From: Batkoa obscura
Lineage: Eukaryota
Direction of reading: 5' to 3'
NCBI GenBank assembly: GCA_030770535.1
Contig: JASVEC010000010.1
Span: 1,364,001 to 1,428,000 of the forward strand
Length of the DNA: 64,000 nucleotides
Both the position numbers and the translations under genes were made by a program. A model generated the notes under the pieces. The model was not told the DNA's origin and ran no database searches. It saw only the letters and a program-made list of their open reading frames with translations. Shown piece after piece: positions 1-12,827 of the stretch. How positions within the stretch are numbered: the first letter of the stretch is position 1; each line of letters opens with the position of its first letter.

Positions 1-42
1 ACTTTTTTTTCAATCTTGTTTAAACAAGTATAGTATTCATTT

Positions 43-135
43 GGAGATGTATTTTTTTAAGAATTTTGCTAACAATCTTTCTGCTTAAATAGCGCCTAAA
101 ATGGAAAAAGTAGTGAAGTTAAAAAAAACATCCAC
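43..135 (+). mobile_element. MITE copy 1 (~97-bp family; + = GGGGATGTATTTTTG...AAGAATTTTACTAACAA first)
   Basis: Matches family consensus; flanked on both sides by ATTT (39-42 / 136-139). Confidence 0.85.
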
Positions 136-429
136 ATTTTCTAATTAAAACTTTAATACATCTGAATTTTATTAAAGGTCGAAGTGGATGTCTTAAACTT
201 GAATTTGATGAGTAGAAAATAGGAAAAATTAATATGATTAAAGCTCAGTAAATACAGGTTAAAAACGCCCAATCTACGTTTAGATTATGGCATAGTAAAC
301 GTGATTTTTATGAGTTTTAAAATGATTAAATAAAGAATCAAAACTATTTTTAACAAAACGTGATATAGTAAAAATGAATAAAAATGATATTTTGTTCTAC
401 TTATTAATTTCGTGATGAAATTTTTAATT

Positions 430-1180
430 TTTAAGGGATGAGTTAAATTTTCAACAAACAGCAGTTGTAACTCTATTGCAACCTAATTTGTGGTAATCTT
501 TAAAGCAGGATGTTTACTCATTTGTTTTTATAAACCATAATGGTTTTTTAAACTGATTTTAGTAAAATTTATCCTTAAATAAATAGTTAACTAAGTCCTA
601 AAAGAGCTGCAACATCTGTAAGGATGTTTTTAAAACTATCTCTTTTTCCAATGGAGTTTCATTGGCAAAAGTGATTGATTACAACCATAAAATTAACTAT
701 TTCAATATCAAGTCATATTTTTTAAAATAATTTTATATAGTAAAACAAATGCTTGAGTAAAAATATACTGTACATTATATTGCAATATATATATTATCCC
801 CAGTAACTTCTCTATTAAACATTGCTCTTTTTGTTGAAGAAAATCTCACTATATAAATCTGATAAAAAAATAAAGAAATAACAGTGAGTTTGAAAAATTC
901 ATTTAAAAAATATAAACTATTGACTTACTTATTGTACTAAAATTTAATAACCTATGGCTCTGTTTTTCTATACTATAATCAAATGCTATTTATTATTTAA
1001 AGCTATCAATAGCTCAATTAGTTTTTATAAATAGTGATATTGTTTATGTATAATTATTTAATTTTACAACTTACTAAAGATGTTCTAAGGACGCTTAGCT
1101 TTATAAAATTTCTCGTTGATCCAATTGTACGCTATGAATTTAAAATCCTATACTATATAATTGTAAAAAATCAAGAGATT
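430..1180 (+). pseudogene. Degenerate 7TM receptor paralog (remnant)
   Basis: ORF 1034-1219 contains LSFIKFLVDPIVRYEFKILYYIIVKNQEI, which aligns with FNFLVFFLDPTIYHALRVIYYRVVKKQEI of the gene at 3277. Upstream parts are only weakly alignable and have stops/frameshifts; the left boundary is approximate. Confidence 0.6.
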
Positions 1181-1986
1181 CCTTTTACTTTCGATCCCTT
1201 CTGCCATCAAATTGGATGAACATACGAAAATTTAATACTCCTTTTCCTCTGTTCCTTAGCTTCCTCTTCTTACATTTACTTCTTTTGTTTTCTTACCAGT
1301 TATATCCATCCATTCTTATAAATATTTCTATTGTGATGCTCATATGCCTATCTCCTTTTTTCTTCCTTGACGACAACTCATTTACAACAGATTCTCCCAT
1401 CTTGTTCAATGAAAAACTTTAATGTAATCTAAAACTATCTCTAAGTTCTGTAACCCAACTCTACCTCCCTTACTTATTCCATCTATTTCTCATCCCATAT
1501 CTTTAATTATAGACTACCCTGTTACTCCTTTTACTCCTCCTTAGCCTTTTAATGTTCTTGAAATAAAACACTAAAATGATACTACTACTAAATTTTAAAA
1601 AAATTAAGAGGTGAAAAGCATTGTAAGCTAATGAATCAAATAGTTTTACTAAAGTTAGTCACGAATGTATGGAGGAAAGTCAAAGAATGTAAATATAAAT
1701 CTATTAAGAATTTTAATGACGAGATTAATGTCATTTATGAATATATGAAATTTAAAATTTATTGAATGATTGTTTTTTGAGATGGAAAGAAAATACAATG
1801 TAAAATTGCCATCAATTCTATTATTAGTAGTTTTTCTTTATAATTATATATCAAATATAATTAATCTAATTGATACGGAGTCTTTTGCACATTATATTTA
1901 AAATAAAAAAATATACCAATGTAAAAAAGGGATTTTTATCTTCCCTTTAAACCATTTTTATCAAACTTTTTGATTTACCATCATAT

Positions 1987-2085
1987 GGGGATGTATTTAT
2001 GTGTTTAAGGATTTTACTAACAAATTTTCCGCTTAAATAGCGCTCAAAAAATGGAAGAAATAATGAAGTCAAAAAAACCACTCCC
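1987..2085 (+). mobile_element. MITE copy 2
   Basis: GGGGATGTA...CCACTCCC with ATAT on both flanks. Confidence 0.92.
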
Positions 2086-2089
2086 ATAT

Positions 2090-2199
2090 GGAGATGTATT
2101 TTTATATCCAAGATTTTTACTAACAATTTTTCCACTTTTTAGGAGCTATTTAATCAGAAAGAATGTTAATAAGATTCTCAAGTAGAAAAACACATCCCC
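2090..2199. mobile_element. MITE copy 3: rearranged, two left arms facing each other
   Basis: 2090-2136 is a left arm (+); ~2145-2199 is a left arm (-). Shares the ATAT at 2086-2089 with copy 2. Confidence 0.75.
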
Positions 2200-3276
2200 T
2201 ATAGCTACGAACTACATAATAAGATAATTCTTAAACTATAAATTAATACTATATTATATGACATTCAGTTGAATCCTTTCTGATTATAGATTTTTTCATA
2301 TAATTACAAAAGTTATTTATTACATAGATTTATTAAATCCCAATCATTATTTTTTCCTCAATCTTCTAGTTTTTTTAACATTTCTTTTAAAACCTATTCG
2401 CGATTTTTTTTTACACAATATTGCTATAATATCAAAAATCAACTTATTTTATCAATATTAGACTCATTTTTCTTGAGTTCCTATATTCTATTACACCATT
2501 TGGTATAATAAAACTTTGATACATGAATAAACTCATATTTTTAAAAGTTTATACAATGGAAAAATGTTTAGTTGTATGGATTCTGTTATATTTGCATTAT
2601 CTCAAGTAATACAAACAATATCAGAAAGTCAAAAATAATGATAGATCTTAGTAAGTTATCTGAGAAAATTGAATATGTCAGATTGTTTGTTTCGAGGATA
2701 GAACTATTAACTTGCTATATTTAAATTTAATAGCTCTGTTTCGATTTGTCATAACTTATGAGCAACAGTTATTTCTGATTTAAACCTAACACTGGCTTAA
2801 TCAGCTTTTACAGATAGTGGATATTGCTTCACCGGAATTTAAGATTTTCCCATAGCTACTGAAGACACTTTAAGAGTCTTTAACTTAATTGGGTTATCCT
2901 TTGATATATTTATAGATCATGAGTTTAAAGATAGATATTATGAAATTGTAAAAAAGTAGGAGATTGAAAATATTGGAATATAATTAACAAAAAATCTCTC
3001 TAAAGTTTAATGAGTTATAGATTCCAATTTATTAAAATAAAATAACTCAGTTTTTTAGTTTTCCACAAAAAAATTCAATGAATTAAGTTCTGCTTTCTAA
3101 AACGTGATTTAATAAAAATGAAAATAGTCATCTGTATTACTGTGTTCCATATTAAAATTGTATTCCAATTTTAATCTTTTTAAGGGATAGAAAAAAGTCT
3201 TGATTTATGTATAAATAGTCTGAGATTGTTCATTACGTTTTTTAAACTTTTTTTAAAAAAATTTCAAATAATCCAA

Positions 3277-4538
3277 ATGGATGTGAAAGCCTACAATAAC
3301 TACGTAAATGAGGTGGTTTATCCAGCAATTTCGAAATGTTCGTTAGGATTAGCGATAATAGTTTTATTAACTATGATAATATTATGTAAATTTTAAAAAT
3401 ACATATGTTTATTATTACAAATACTAAATCCAAATAGCTATTTATGATTTTAAGCTAGTGGATAGAGTCACTTTACGATTACAAACAGGTGTTACCTGTT
3501 ATGATATATGGTTACATTCGTTACCGTTATGGAATCGACCCTATAATTATGAAGGATCTCCATTGTGTACTTTTATTGCTTATCAATTATTTTCATTCCC
3601 ATTATTTTATTGTTTTTTGAATGCTGCTATTGGATTGAATTTGCAATTAATATTTTTGCATAATATTAAAGTAACGAGAGAAATTGAGTTAAGGTATTGG
3701 TTGGGTACGGTGGGGCTCACGCTATTAATTACATTACCACCGTTGGGTAAGTTGGATTTTATTTTTATTGAATATTTATCAACTTGTTAATTTTAATGTA
3801 GCAATGGGGGTAATAGGATTTGGTAGTTATGATCAATGTTATATAGCTTCTTCAGATGAAACTTATGGAAAATTATTAAATTTTTTTACCAATGTATTTA
3901 TAATGATACTGTGTATGATTTATCTATTGACTATAGTCATCTTAGTATCTTTCCAACATTATCGTCAAATTAATAGAATTAGAAAACAAGGAGAAGTTTA
4001 TGGAGATTCGTTATCGAAAAAAGATATTAAACAAATTTCAAGATTGATTTCGAGAATGTAATTGTAGTTTTATTATTGTTTCATGTTTTTAGTTAACATT
4101 GTATTAATGGTATGTTTTGGTTAGCTCCCTTTATCCCTTAGTTATGATAATAACTCATTCTGGCTTAGTAATTAGTCAAACAGCTTATGATCTATTTGAC
4201 TTTACATCTGATAAATTAGAGATTGTTACTTATATTACAGGTAGTTTTTTAGGCATGTTCAATTTTTTAGTGTTTTTTTTGGATCCTACAATATATCATG
4301 CATTAAGAGTGATTTATTATAGAGTTGTTAAAAAACAGGAGATTAATCAAGAAATAGAAGAAATAAGTAAGTTGGTGATTTTGATTAAATTCAGTTTATT
4401 GAAATGTTTATTTTTTTATTAGATATTGATGGGGAATTTGAATTAGCTGCTTTGGAAGTTAATAGTACCGATAATTTAAATATTGATATAGAATATCAAA
4501 ATACAGAAGCTTGTGAAAATTTAATTAAAAGTTTATAA
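3277..4538 (+). CDS. 7TM G-protein-coupled receptor-like protein (cAMP-receptor-like type), 5 exons
   Basis: Exons 3277-3385, 3438-3746, 3802-4057, 4125-4366, 4423-4538 splice in frame with GT-AG introns. Seven hydrophobic segments, DRVTLRL after TM1, extracellular Cys pair (PLCTF; DQCYI), SLYP in TM6, FFLDP in TM7. Confidence 0.8.
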
Positions 4539-4659
4539 TTTAATTTATTACTAAAATAAAAAAATAGAATATATAAAATATTTTATTAATTTTTTGTTAT
4601 TAAACTTTAGATTTAAATTAATATATTAATTAAGGTTATCATTAAAGCCTTTTTGATAT

Positions 4660-4757
4660 GGGAGTATTCTTTTTGACTTCATTATTTTTTCCATCTTCAA
4701 GTGCTGTTTAAGCAGAAAATTTGTTAGTAAAATTCTTAAACACAAAAATACATCTCC
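4660..4757 (-). mobile_element. MITE copy 4
   Basis: Reverse-orientation consensus match; ATAT/ATAT flanks. Confidence 0.92.
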
Positions 4758-4894
4758 ATATATTAACTTCATACTTTTAATTAAGATAATTTATTAAGCT
4801 TAATTTTGCTGAAAGATGTATGTTATAAATTTGGTTTTTTTGTAATACTTCAAATTATAGAATTTATAAAGCAAGGTATAAATCATTATTATAT

Positions 4895-4990
4895 GGATGT
4901 ATTTTTGTGTTTAAGAATTTTACTAACAAATTTTCTGCTTAAACAGCACTTAAAAATGGAAAAAATAATGAAGTCAAAAAAAACACTCCC
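4895..4990 (+). mobile_element. MITE copy 5
   Basis: Consensus match lacking two terminal Gs; ATAT/ATAT flanks. Confidence 0.92.
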
Positions 4991-5379
4991 ATATACTTTA
5001 TTAATTTCATTAGTAAATTATGATTATTTTGATTAATAATAATTTTCAATTACTTTAAATTAAGTAATAGTAATATTCATTCATTTATATATCTTATTTA
5101 AATAAGACAATGTAGCTTATTATATGACATTAATTCTCTTAAATTTTTATACATTTTCATTAAAAATTTCGATGTTATTAAAATTAATAACTATACTATC
5201 GCTAAAAAATCTAGTTAAAACTAGAAGTAGCTAAATTGTTATGCATATCTCCTTATATAAGCTAACCATTTAATATTCTAGCTTTCATGATTTTAATAAG
5301 ATCAATGTAAGTTTTTTATTTCTAAGCATTATTTATATACTTAAAATTTGATTTAAAATTAAGTTAATTTTATTAGTCA

Positions 5380-6687
5380 AGATAAGCACTACTAAACACA
5401 TGAAATATACGTGGGTGTTTTTTTTGGTTTCATTACTTTTACTATTTTCTGAGCACTATTTGAGTGTAAAGGCTATCATAAAACTCTTAGACAAAAAATG
5501 TATACTCATACAGCTAAATTATTTACCCAATGATCCCAAAAGTATCACTATTATTAACTATCATAACTATACTTACTATGATTTCGTTAAGTAAGTTTTA
5601 AAGACTTTCTGTTCATTAGTGTATTATTATAATCAAAAAACAGTAAATGGATTAATCCTACTCTTATAAACTGTTACTATAATATAATATATTTGGTTAC
5701 GTTTCTTACCATTATAGAGTTGTTCGTATGACCATTAAGGGTCTTCACTATGCACCTTTATTGGCTTCCAGTTATTATTCTATCCCTTATATCATAGCTT
5801 CCTTGATGCTACTATTAAAATTTACAATTGGTACTTATGGATAGTATCAATAGAGCTAAAAAAAGGGAATTAGATTATTAAACTTCAACATCTTTACTTT
5901 TACTATTGATCACAATATCGCCATTTGGTATGATAATATTTGATATATTATCTAATAAACAATATAATTTTATTTAGCAATTGGGATAATTGCATACAGT
6001 AGTTATCCCGAGTGTTTTATTACAGGTAAAAACGAAAATTATGCTAAGATGTTTCATTTTTTTACACTTCCCTCAGTTCTATCAATTTTTATCGCATATT
6101 TATGATTGTTGTAGTTATTGTTATCATCAAGCTATTTTGGAGTCTAAATATAACAAAAGAGAGAAGAACAATTATGTATCCTAGTCAATAAGCTAATGGC
6201 ATTAAAAACATTAACCTATTTACTTCAAGAATGTAAGCTATTTTACATCAATATATTATTGCAATAGCATGAACCATTAACATACTGTATCCTATCATTA
6301 TGACTGCTTCTCATATCGAATTAGTAATCTATCAAGCTGTTCATGATCTTGCTACTATTGATTCCCTCGAATTATTGATTATATTACATATCGCAGGTGG
6401 ATTGTTAGGAACCTTTAGTTTTATAGATTTCTTTTGTTATTCAACTATTCACCGCGTGATCAAAGCGTCATATCGTATAATCATAAAAAAGTAAGAGATT
6501 GATGAATTAGAGTCTCACAAATTAAGTAGCTTTTGTTGTTTCCAACAAAATAATGCACTGACTCTAAATAGATCACGACGGCATCTTTGAAGTGAATCTA
6601 GCTTGGGATAACTACAATGGAACTTTCAATACCGAAGTTCGAAGCTAAACATCAATTTGACATTCTAAATTTATTAAAAATTCATAA
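5380..6687 (+). pseudogene. 7TM receptor pseudogene, tandem paralog of the 3277 gene
   Basis: Collinear fragments (YPMIPKVSLLLTIITILTMISL then GTAAG; SSLCTFIGFQL; IAGGLLGTFSFIDFFCYSTIHRVIKASYRIIIKK; terminal FIKNS*) with stops and frameshifts. MITE copy 6 sits in the first-exon region; the start is approximate. Confidence 0.8.
5411..5507 (-). mobile_element. MITE copy 6 (diverged)
   Basis: Diverged consensus match; ATAC on both flanks (5407-5410 / 5508-5511). Confidence 0.8.
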
Positions 6688-6758
6688 TAGTAAACTATTC
6701 TTACTTGTTTATTCTATTTTTTGAGGAGTTTCTAATGATTATTTAATTGTTTTCATAT

Positions 6759-6854
6759 GGGGATGTTTCTTTTGGTTTCATTACTTTTTCTATCTTTTAA
6801 GCGCTATTTGAGCGGAAAAATTGTTAGTAAGATTCTTAAACACAATACATCCCC
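6759..6854 (-). mobile_element. MITE copy 7
   Basis: Perfect GGGGATGT/ACATCCCC termini; flanks ATAT/ATGT. Confidence 0.92.
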
Positions 6855-7487
6855 ATGTTATTTTTTATGAATTCTAACCACAAACAATTATCAAAAATTA
6901 TGCTAAAAACAAAAAAAATAATCCTCATTTATACTCAAAATTTAGATGCTTCTATTTCTTTGCTTTGATGTAAGTTTGTTTTAAGCTTTATAAAAAAAAG
7001 CTTGATCTCTCTCCAGCTCAACTCATTGTCAATTTTATTTTCCTTTTTCAATCTCATCATTCTTCTTATTCAATTAGAAATCTTATAGAACTTAGAAACT
7101 AGAACTTGAATGATTTGTATTTCGAGTTTCTCATCAATTGAAGAAGAAAAATATGGAAACTACTCCTACAATTTCAGTAAGGCTCCCTCATGAATGATTT
7201 GGTTTGTAAGGCCCATTAACTCAAATGTTCTATATTTCTGTTTTAGTTAATAAGAGTGTACTCAGTTTATTATTTTATTAATAAAATTTTGAAGTCTTAT
7301 GCTACATAAAAATGCACAAAATAATGATATTGATAAAGTCATTTGTTTATAGATTTTAAAATTTTAAACTAAAGTAAATATAAATATATACTCTTAATTA
7401 CATTAGACTTTATCTATCTAAATATTAAGTAACCAAATTATGATAACCAACATTTAGTGAATTATAGGGATCATCCAGTAGCTTAAA

Positions 7488-8309
7488 CTAATAACTAGGT
7501 GGGATATCTTGGACATAGTTACTTGTCAAACCAAGTTTAAGTTGATTAGCTCGTCGATAAAGGAATGGTTGATTTCCAACATTATACTTAATTAGGGTAC
7601 CTTTAGTACTATATATTGTAGGATACATTGTATTGGCTTGGAATTGGTAATAACACAGATCATTGCCATTGTAAGTAAATGTTACTTCATTTGACACTAA
7701 ATCATAGAAACATCCTATAATATCACCCTTTTTAAGAGTATGAACAAAAGTGTTTGGATATTGTTTTTGATTTACATTTACACCATATATTTTATTATTT
7801 AACAAAATATGAGATTCTACAATGAATTAACGAATTTGTAAAACTAATACTAGAAATATTAACTTACCATGAATTTCAGAAGTACTTCTATCTGCATATC
7901 CAAATAAAAGCTCAAAAGTATCAGTAAAATCCATTAGTTCAATCTCATAATAAAAGGATTTTGAGTTTAGGGTCACATATTTTCCTTGAAGTATACAGGT
8001 TTCATTAAAAAATATGGAGTTGAATCCCTTCTTACTGACCTTAGTTTGTTCACCAGTGCATACAATGAATTTATAATTATTTATTACCAAATTATTCTTT
8101 GCTAATATTGTAGCTAATTCGATTGAAGTGACATTCTCTCCAAATTGTAGATTTCTGTTCCTGTTCGCAACTCTGTTATTTCCGTATACTCCATCATTTG
8201 TGTTAACCGGCCTCCTACCAAAGGCAGTAATACACATCCGATACCCAAGAGGTATTGAAACGATTACCAAGAAACCAAGACATCCAAATAAAACATAGCT
8301 AATGAGCAT
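7488..8309 (-). CDS. TM-SPRY-PPxY protein, Ssh4/Ear1-like (paralog 1), 2 exons
   Basis: Exons 8309-7868 and 7816-7488, 51-nt intron. N-terminal TM, SPRY motifs YYEIEL, GDIIGCFYD, FTYNG, YPTI, NVGNQPFLY, C-terminal PPSY. Confidence 0.8.
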
Positions 8310-9150
8310 TTTTGATTTATGTCTCCCTAATTTGTTTTAATCATTTTTATATCACATAAACTTCTTTTTGGAAGCTAGAAACTTATTTTACCGCTTTCAT
8401 GATCATCAAAAATTTTAAAATAGTATTACAAATCTTGATTGTTCTTGTAATTACTTTTAATAGATTATTTAAATATCAAAATTCTATATTAAGCTCATTT
8501 TCTTTAGTATGGTGTTACATTAGTTATTTTTAGACTTCTAAAGCTCACGTAGAGAGAGAAATTATTACACTGGTTATATTAGAAGTTATTATGAAAGGTA
8601 AATATTAATAAAAGTGATATCATTAAGTTCAAAGCCTAGTTAAAACTAAAAAATTTCAATTCACTTTTTTGTATTTTCTATGCAGCATAACTTTTAATAT
8701 CAAGAAATACTAGATAAAACATTCTTAGAAGTTATTTTAAAACTAAGCAAAAAGTAACTATTTACAGTACCTCAGGCTTAATTTGAAATTTTTGCTAAAA
8801 TCAAACTGGAAAAAAATTGAGCTTTGGATTTGAACCAACCCGTATATTTTAGATATAGACAATGATAACAAAGTGAATTATACTACTTAGCAAGTACAAA
8901 GGATTTACATAAACACAGTGCTTCATTAAAGTCTTTGTTGAGAGTTTTTTAATAAACAGTTACTTTGAAACTACAAAATTTATTTATTCCTTTATGAAAA
9001 TATTAAACAAAAAATCTCATTTAGTTTATCATTTGCATAAGGGATTTCTTTAATAACTTTGTTACGACTAAAAAAAGTTTGCATACTTATTACACTTTTA
9101 TGTTTTAGTATCAAACTCTAATTCATTATGAACAAGACTTTTTAAGATAT

Positions 9151-9246
9151 GGGGATATATTTTGTGTTCAAGAATTTTACTAACAAATTTTCCGTTCGAA
9201 TAGTGCTTAAAAAATAGAAAAAGTAATGAAACCAAAAAACACTCCT
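9151..9246 (+). mobile_element. MITE copy 8
   Basis: Consensus match; ATAT/ATAT flanks. Confidence 0.9.
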
Positions 9247-10382
9247 ATATGGAAATCTATTTAGATTTTTTAGCTTAATTTTATATGAAACTTGAGATAT
9301 ATAGTATAGTTAGCTTAGTTAAGAGTATGGGTATAAAAGCAAAATGCTCTTTCAATACAATTTTGGTTGTCACTTGTATAATACCAGTTAAGCTATTCAA
9401 AATTTTTAAAAACAAAAAATGAATATTTAAAGTACCAAAAGGCACTGTATAAAATTTATTTAATGCCAAAGCTTTAAAGTTTGTCTTTATTGACTTGAGT
9501 TTACTCATATTATTAACTCATTTATTAGCAAAATCTTATCTTCAATGTCAACTTACATACTATTATAAAAACATTTAGCAATAAACAAATTAGCATTTAG
9601 AATTAAAAAAGTATCTCAATTTTAGCATTAGTAATTTGTTTTGATTAATCATCAATTCGAATTAGTTAATTTTTAGTTCAGATCTTTTGATTTATCGCTT
9701 ATTAACTTTTGTATTCAACTTAACAATGATATTGTGCTTTACAATATAGGAAAATAAAGTATTTTGTTTAAATCTATATGATCAAATATTATCATTATTA
9801 TTGTTTATTTTTAATGATAAAGATATTTCAAAAACTCATTGAACCTATATTTTAATTAATTTATAGTAATACTTGATTAAGCTTATTTAAATAAAATAAA
9901 ATAAAATAAATTTTATTAGTTCTAGAACTTATCATACAAAATTAACAAATTACAGAATATAAAGCATCTATTGAAAAATAGGTGTACTTTAAATAAATGA
10001 CTATATAAATTGTGAAATTTATCATACATTTTAAACAAAAATATGAAAGTGTTATTATATGATTTTAATTTATATAGTAGAAGAAGACGTTCATACTTGA
10101 TTCTTTAATATTAACTTAAATTCTAAAAAATAACAATTGTATAAATAGTCAGAATTTACCATATAAACTACCAAAACGATCAGTGTAATTAATTAGCTTC
10201 AACAAAATGTAAAGCTTAAAATTAAAATATAAATGTAAATGAAGAACATTTGAACAAGAACCAATAGCAATAAACGGGGAAATAAGGATTATGATTTAAT
10301 CAGCCAAAAGAGAAAAAAGGCAAAAAAGTATAAAAAAGTACAAAGTATAAAATCTATTGCATTAAAAAATTCAAAATAACAA

Positions 10383-11201
10383 ATGTTCATAGATTATCTT
10401 AAGCATGTAGCTATTGTGGTTGTAATTATCATTGTAACCCTAGCTACAGGCCATTATACTACTGCTTATTATTATAGGCGTAGAGCTGCAAGAATGGAAG
10501 GAGAGGTAACCAATAACGCTACAAGTAGTAACACTAACTCACATGTTGGAAACAATAATAATCAAGTTGAATTAAACGAAATAATGGTAGAAAACATTTC
10601 AGTTACAATCAAAAACAAATTTGAAGTGAGTACTGGAAAACAGAATAAAATTAGTGAAAAAGAAAGATATTGTGTATTTTTCGACGATGACTGCATTATA
10701 CAAGCAAAACATCAAAAATTAAATCCAGAGTCCCTCTATTATGAGATCAAGTTAGTTGATTTCACTGATGACTTTAAGTTATTGTTTGGGTATGCAGATA
10801 AAAGTACTTCTGAAATTCATGGTAAGTTAATATTTCTAGTATTAGTTTTACAAATTTGTTAATTCATTGTAGAATCTCATATTTTATTAAATAATAAAAT
10901 ATATGGTGTAAATGTAAATCAAAAACAATATCCAAACACTTTTGTTCATACTCTTAAAAAGGGTGATATTATAGGATGTTTCTATGATTTAGTGTCAAAT
11001 GAAGTAACATTTACTTACAATGGCAATGATCTGTGTTATTACCAATTCCAAGCTAATACAATGTATCCTACAATATATAGTACTAAAGGTACCCTAATTA
11101 AGTATAATGTTGGAAATCAACCATTCCTTTATCGACGAGCTAATCAACTTAAACTTGGTTTGACAAGTAACTATGTCCAAGATATCCCACCTAGTTATTA
11201 G
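10383..11201 (+). CDS. TM-SPRY-PPxY protein, Ssh4/Ear1-like (paralog 2), 2 exons
   Basis: Exons 10383-10821 and 10873-11201; TM followed by YYYRRR, SPRY motifs, terminal PPSY. Confidence 0.8.
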
Positions 11202-12827
11202 TTTACCCAACACTCTATTTTTGGCATATCTATTTTATTGAAACACAAGCATCACACCATTAAAACCAAATATGGAATCATAAGTCTGCTGAGATTTATC
11301 TATCTATTTTTAAAACTTAAATAATTTAAAACGAACGTCAAAACATTAGATTCTATGTAAAATTTTAACTTAATATAAAGAACATCTCAACTAATAAAAT
11401 AGACTCTACAAGTATAATAGAAAATGATTATAGAAAAAGGCTATTTTAAAGTACTAAACATCCTATTTTGCAAATTTATTGTTGAAAAATGTATCGAAAA
11501 TCGCTTCGACTTCGGATGGTAATAACTAACATTTTGGTACCAAATAATTTTTTTAGTACCTAATTTTATCATGCATTTTTATTCGATTACTTGTATTAAT
11601 TTTCAAGTCTTTTTGGCCTTCAGATGCTGGAGTAACAGTCGTCTTTCGAAATTTCATAATTCTCGGTATATCTATAAAAAAATCAAACAATTTGCAACCC
11701 CTCAAGGAATTTTGAATTTGAACTTGAGGCTTTAGATCACTAATGTTTTGATGTAAGAGCAAAGGTATGCTCAATATAAGGACCAGAAATCGACAATTTT
11801 ATTAAGGTTTTTAACTAAAGACTTAAAATATTAGTATCAAATTTAGTGTATAATGATCATTTATAGCATGCAATAGATGTGTTATGTGTTTTAATTTTTT
11901 GTTTAAACCATATGTTTTAAGTTTATTACAATTTTGTCTTTTTAATATTTAAATTGTCTGTATTAAAAAGTTATTTTGCTTATTTGGTTATATAAAATTT
12001 TGGAAAAAATATAAAGGTAAGGAAATTTGTTTTTATCTAGGATAGAGAATTTTCATAATGTTATATATTTGAAATGCATTGCTACTTTTGTTAACTCATG
12101 TAATTTTTTCTTTAAATGTAGCTTTTATCAAAAATACACTTGATCAGAGTTAACCCTTCAAAGAAACTGCCAACCTATTTAAACTTCTGCGAAGTTAAAA
12201 GTGATACTTCTTTTCTATATGCCCATTTCATTATATTATTAAAGAATATCTGATAGTTGAAGTTTCCTATGTGTAAAATCGACTTTTTAAAACCTTTGTC
12301 ATAAATAAAGACAGTAGTGTATACAAAGTCAAAAAGAAACAATAGAGCTGAATTCACAGTAGAATTATGAAAGAAACTTTATACCTTTGATGATACCAAC
12401 AATACAATCGAATACTCTTAATTACTTATTCATTTGACTTTATAATTAAAACCATTTATAAAACTTGCTTTCAAAAAATATTAAGGATATTGACATTAGA
12501 GCACTTACTACATTTTTATTGAAACAATTGTAGGACTATCTTTGTTAGCCTTAATCTTTTTCTAACTATAGTTGTTATATAAAATACACTGTATAAATCA
12601 AAAATTATTAATCAACCATAATTTCTAAGAATAAAGTTTCAAAAAAAGTGAAACTTTAAATTATTTTGTTAAACAGCGCCCAAATTTTATAAAAGAACTA
12701 CCCACTTTTTGAAGGTTTAAAATTTTAAAAGAACAATTGAAGTGGTAAGACGGGAGATTGTAAAATTTTTAAAAATTTCATGATATAAAAAAGCTTGACA
12801 TTTATCTAAAAAGCAATATCTTAAAAA

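Noticed and set aside
1947..5594. Short ORFs 1947-2135, 4806-5036, 5400-5594 (also 14598-14822, 52432-52647, 59180-59365) sharing FLxLRILLT or KILK-like peptides
   Set aside because: They read through MITE copies; the peptide similarity comes from the repeat, not a protein family.
11490..11800. Possible integrase relic (YYHPKS on the minus strand)
   Set aside because: Single short motif only, no DDE context.
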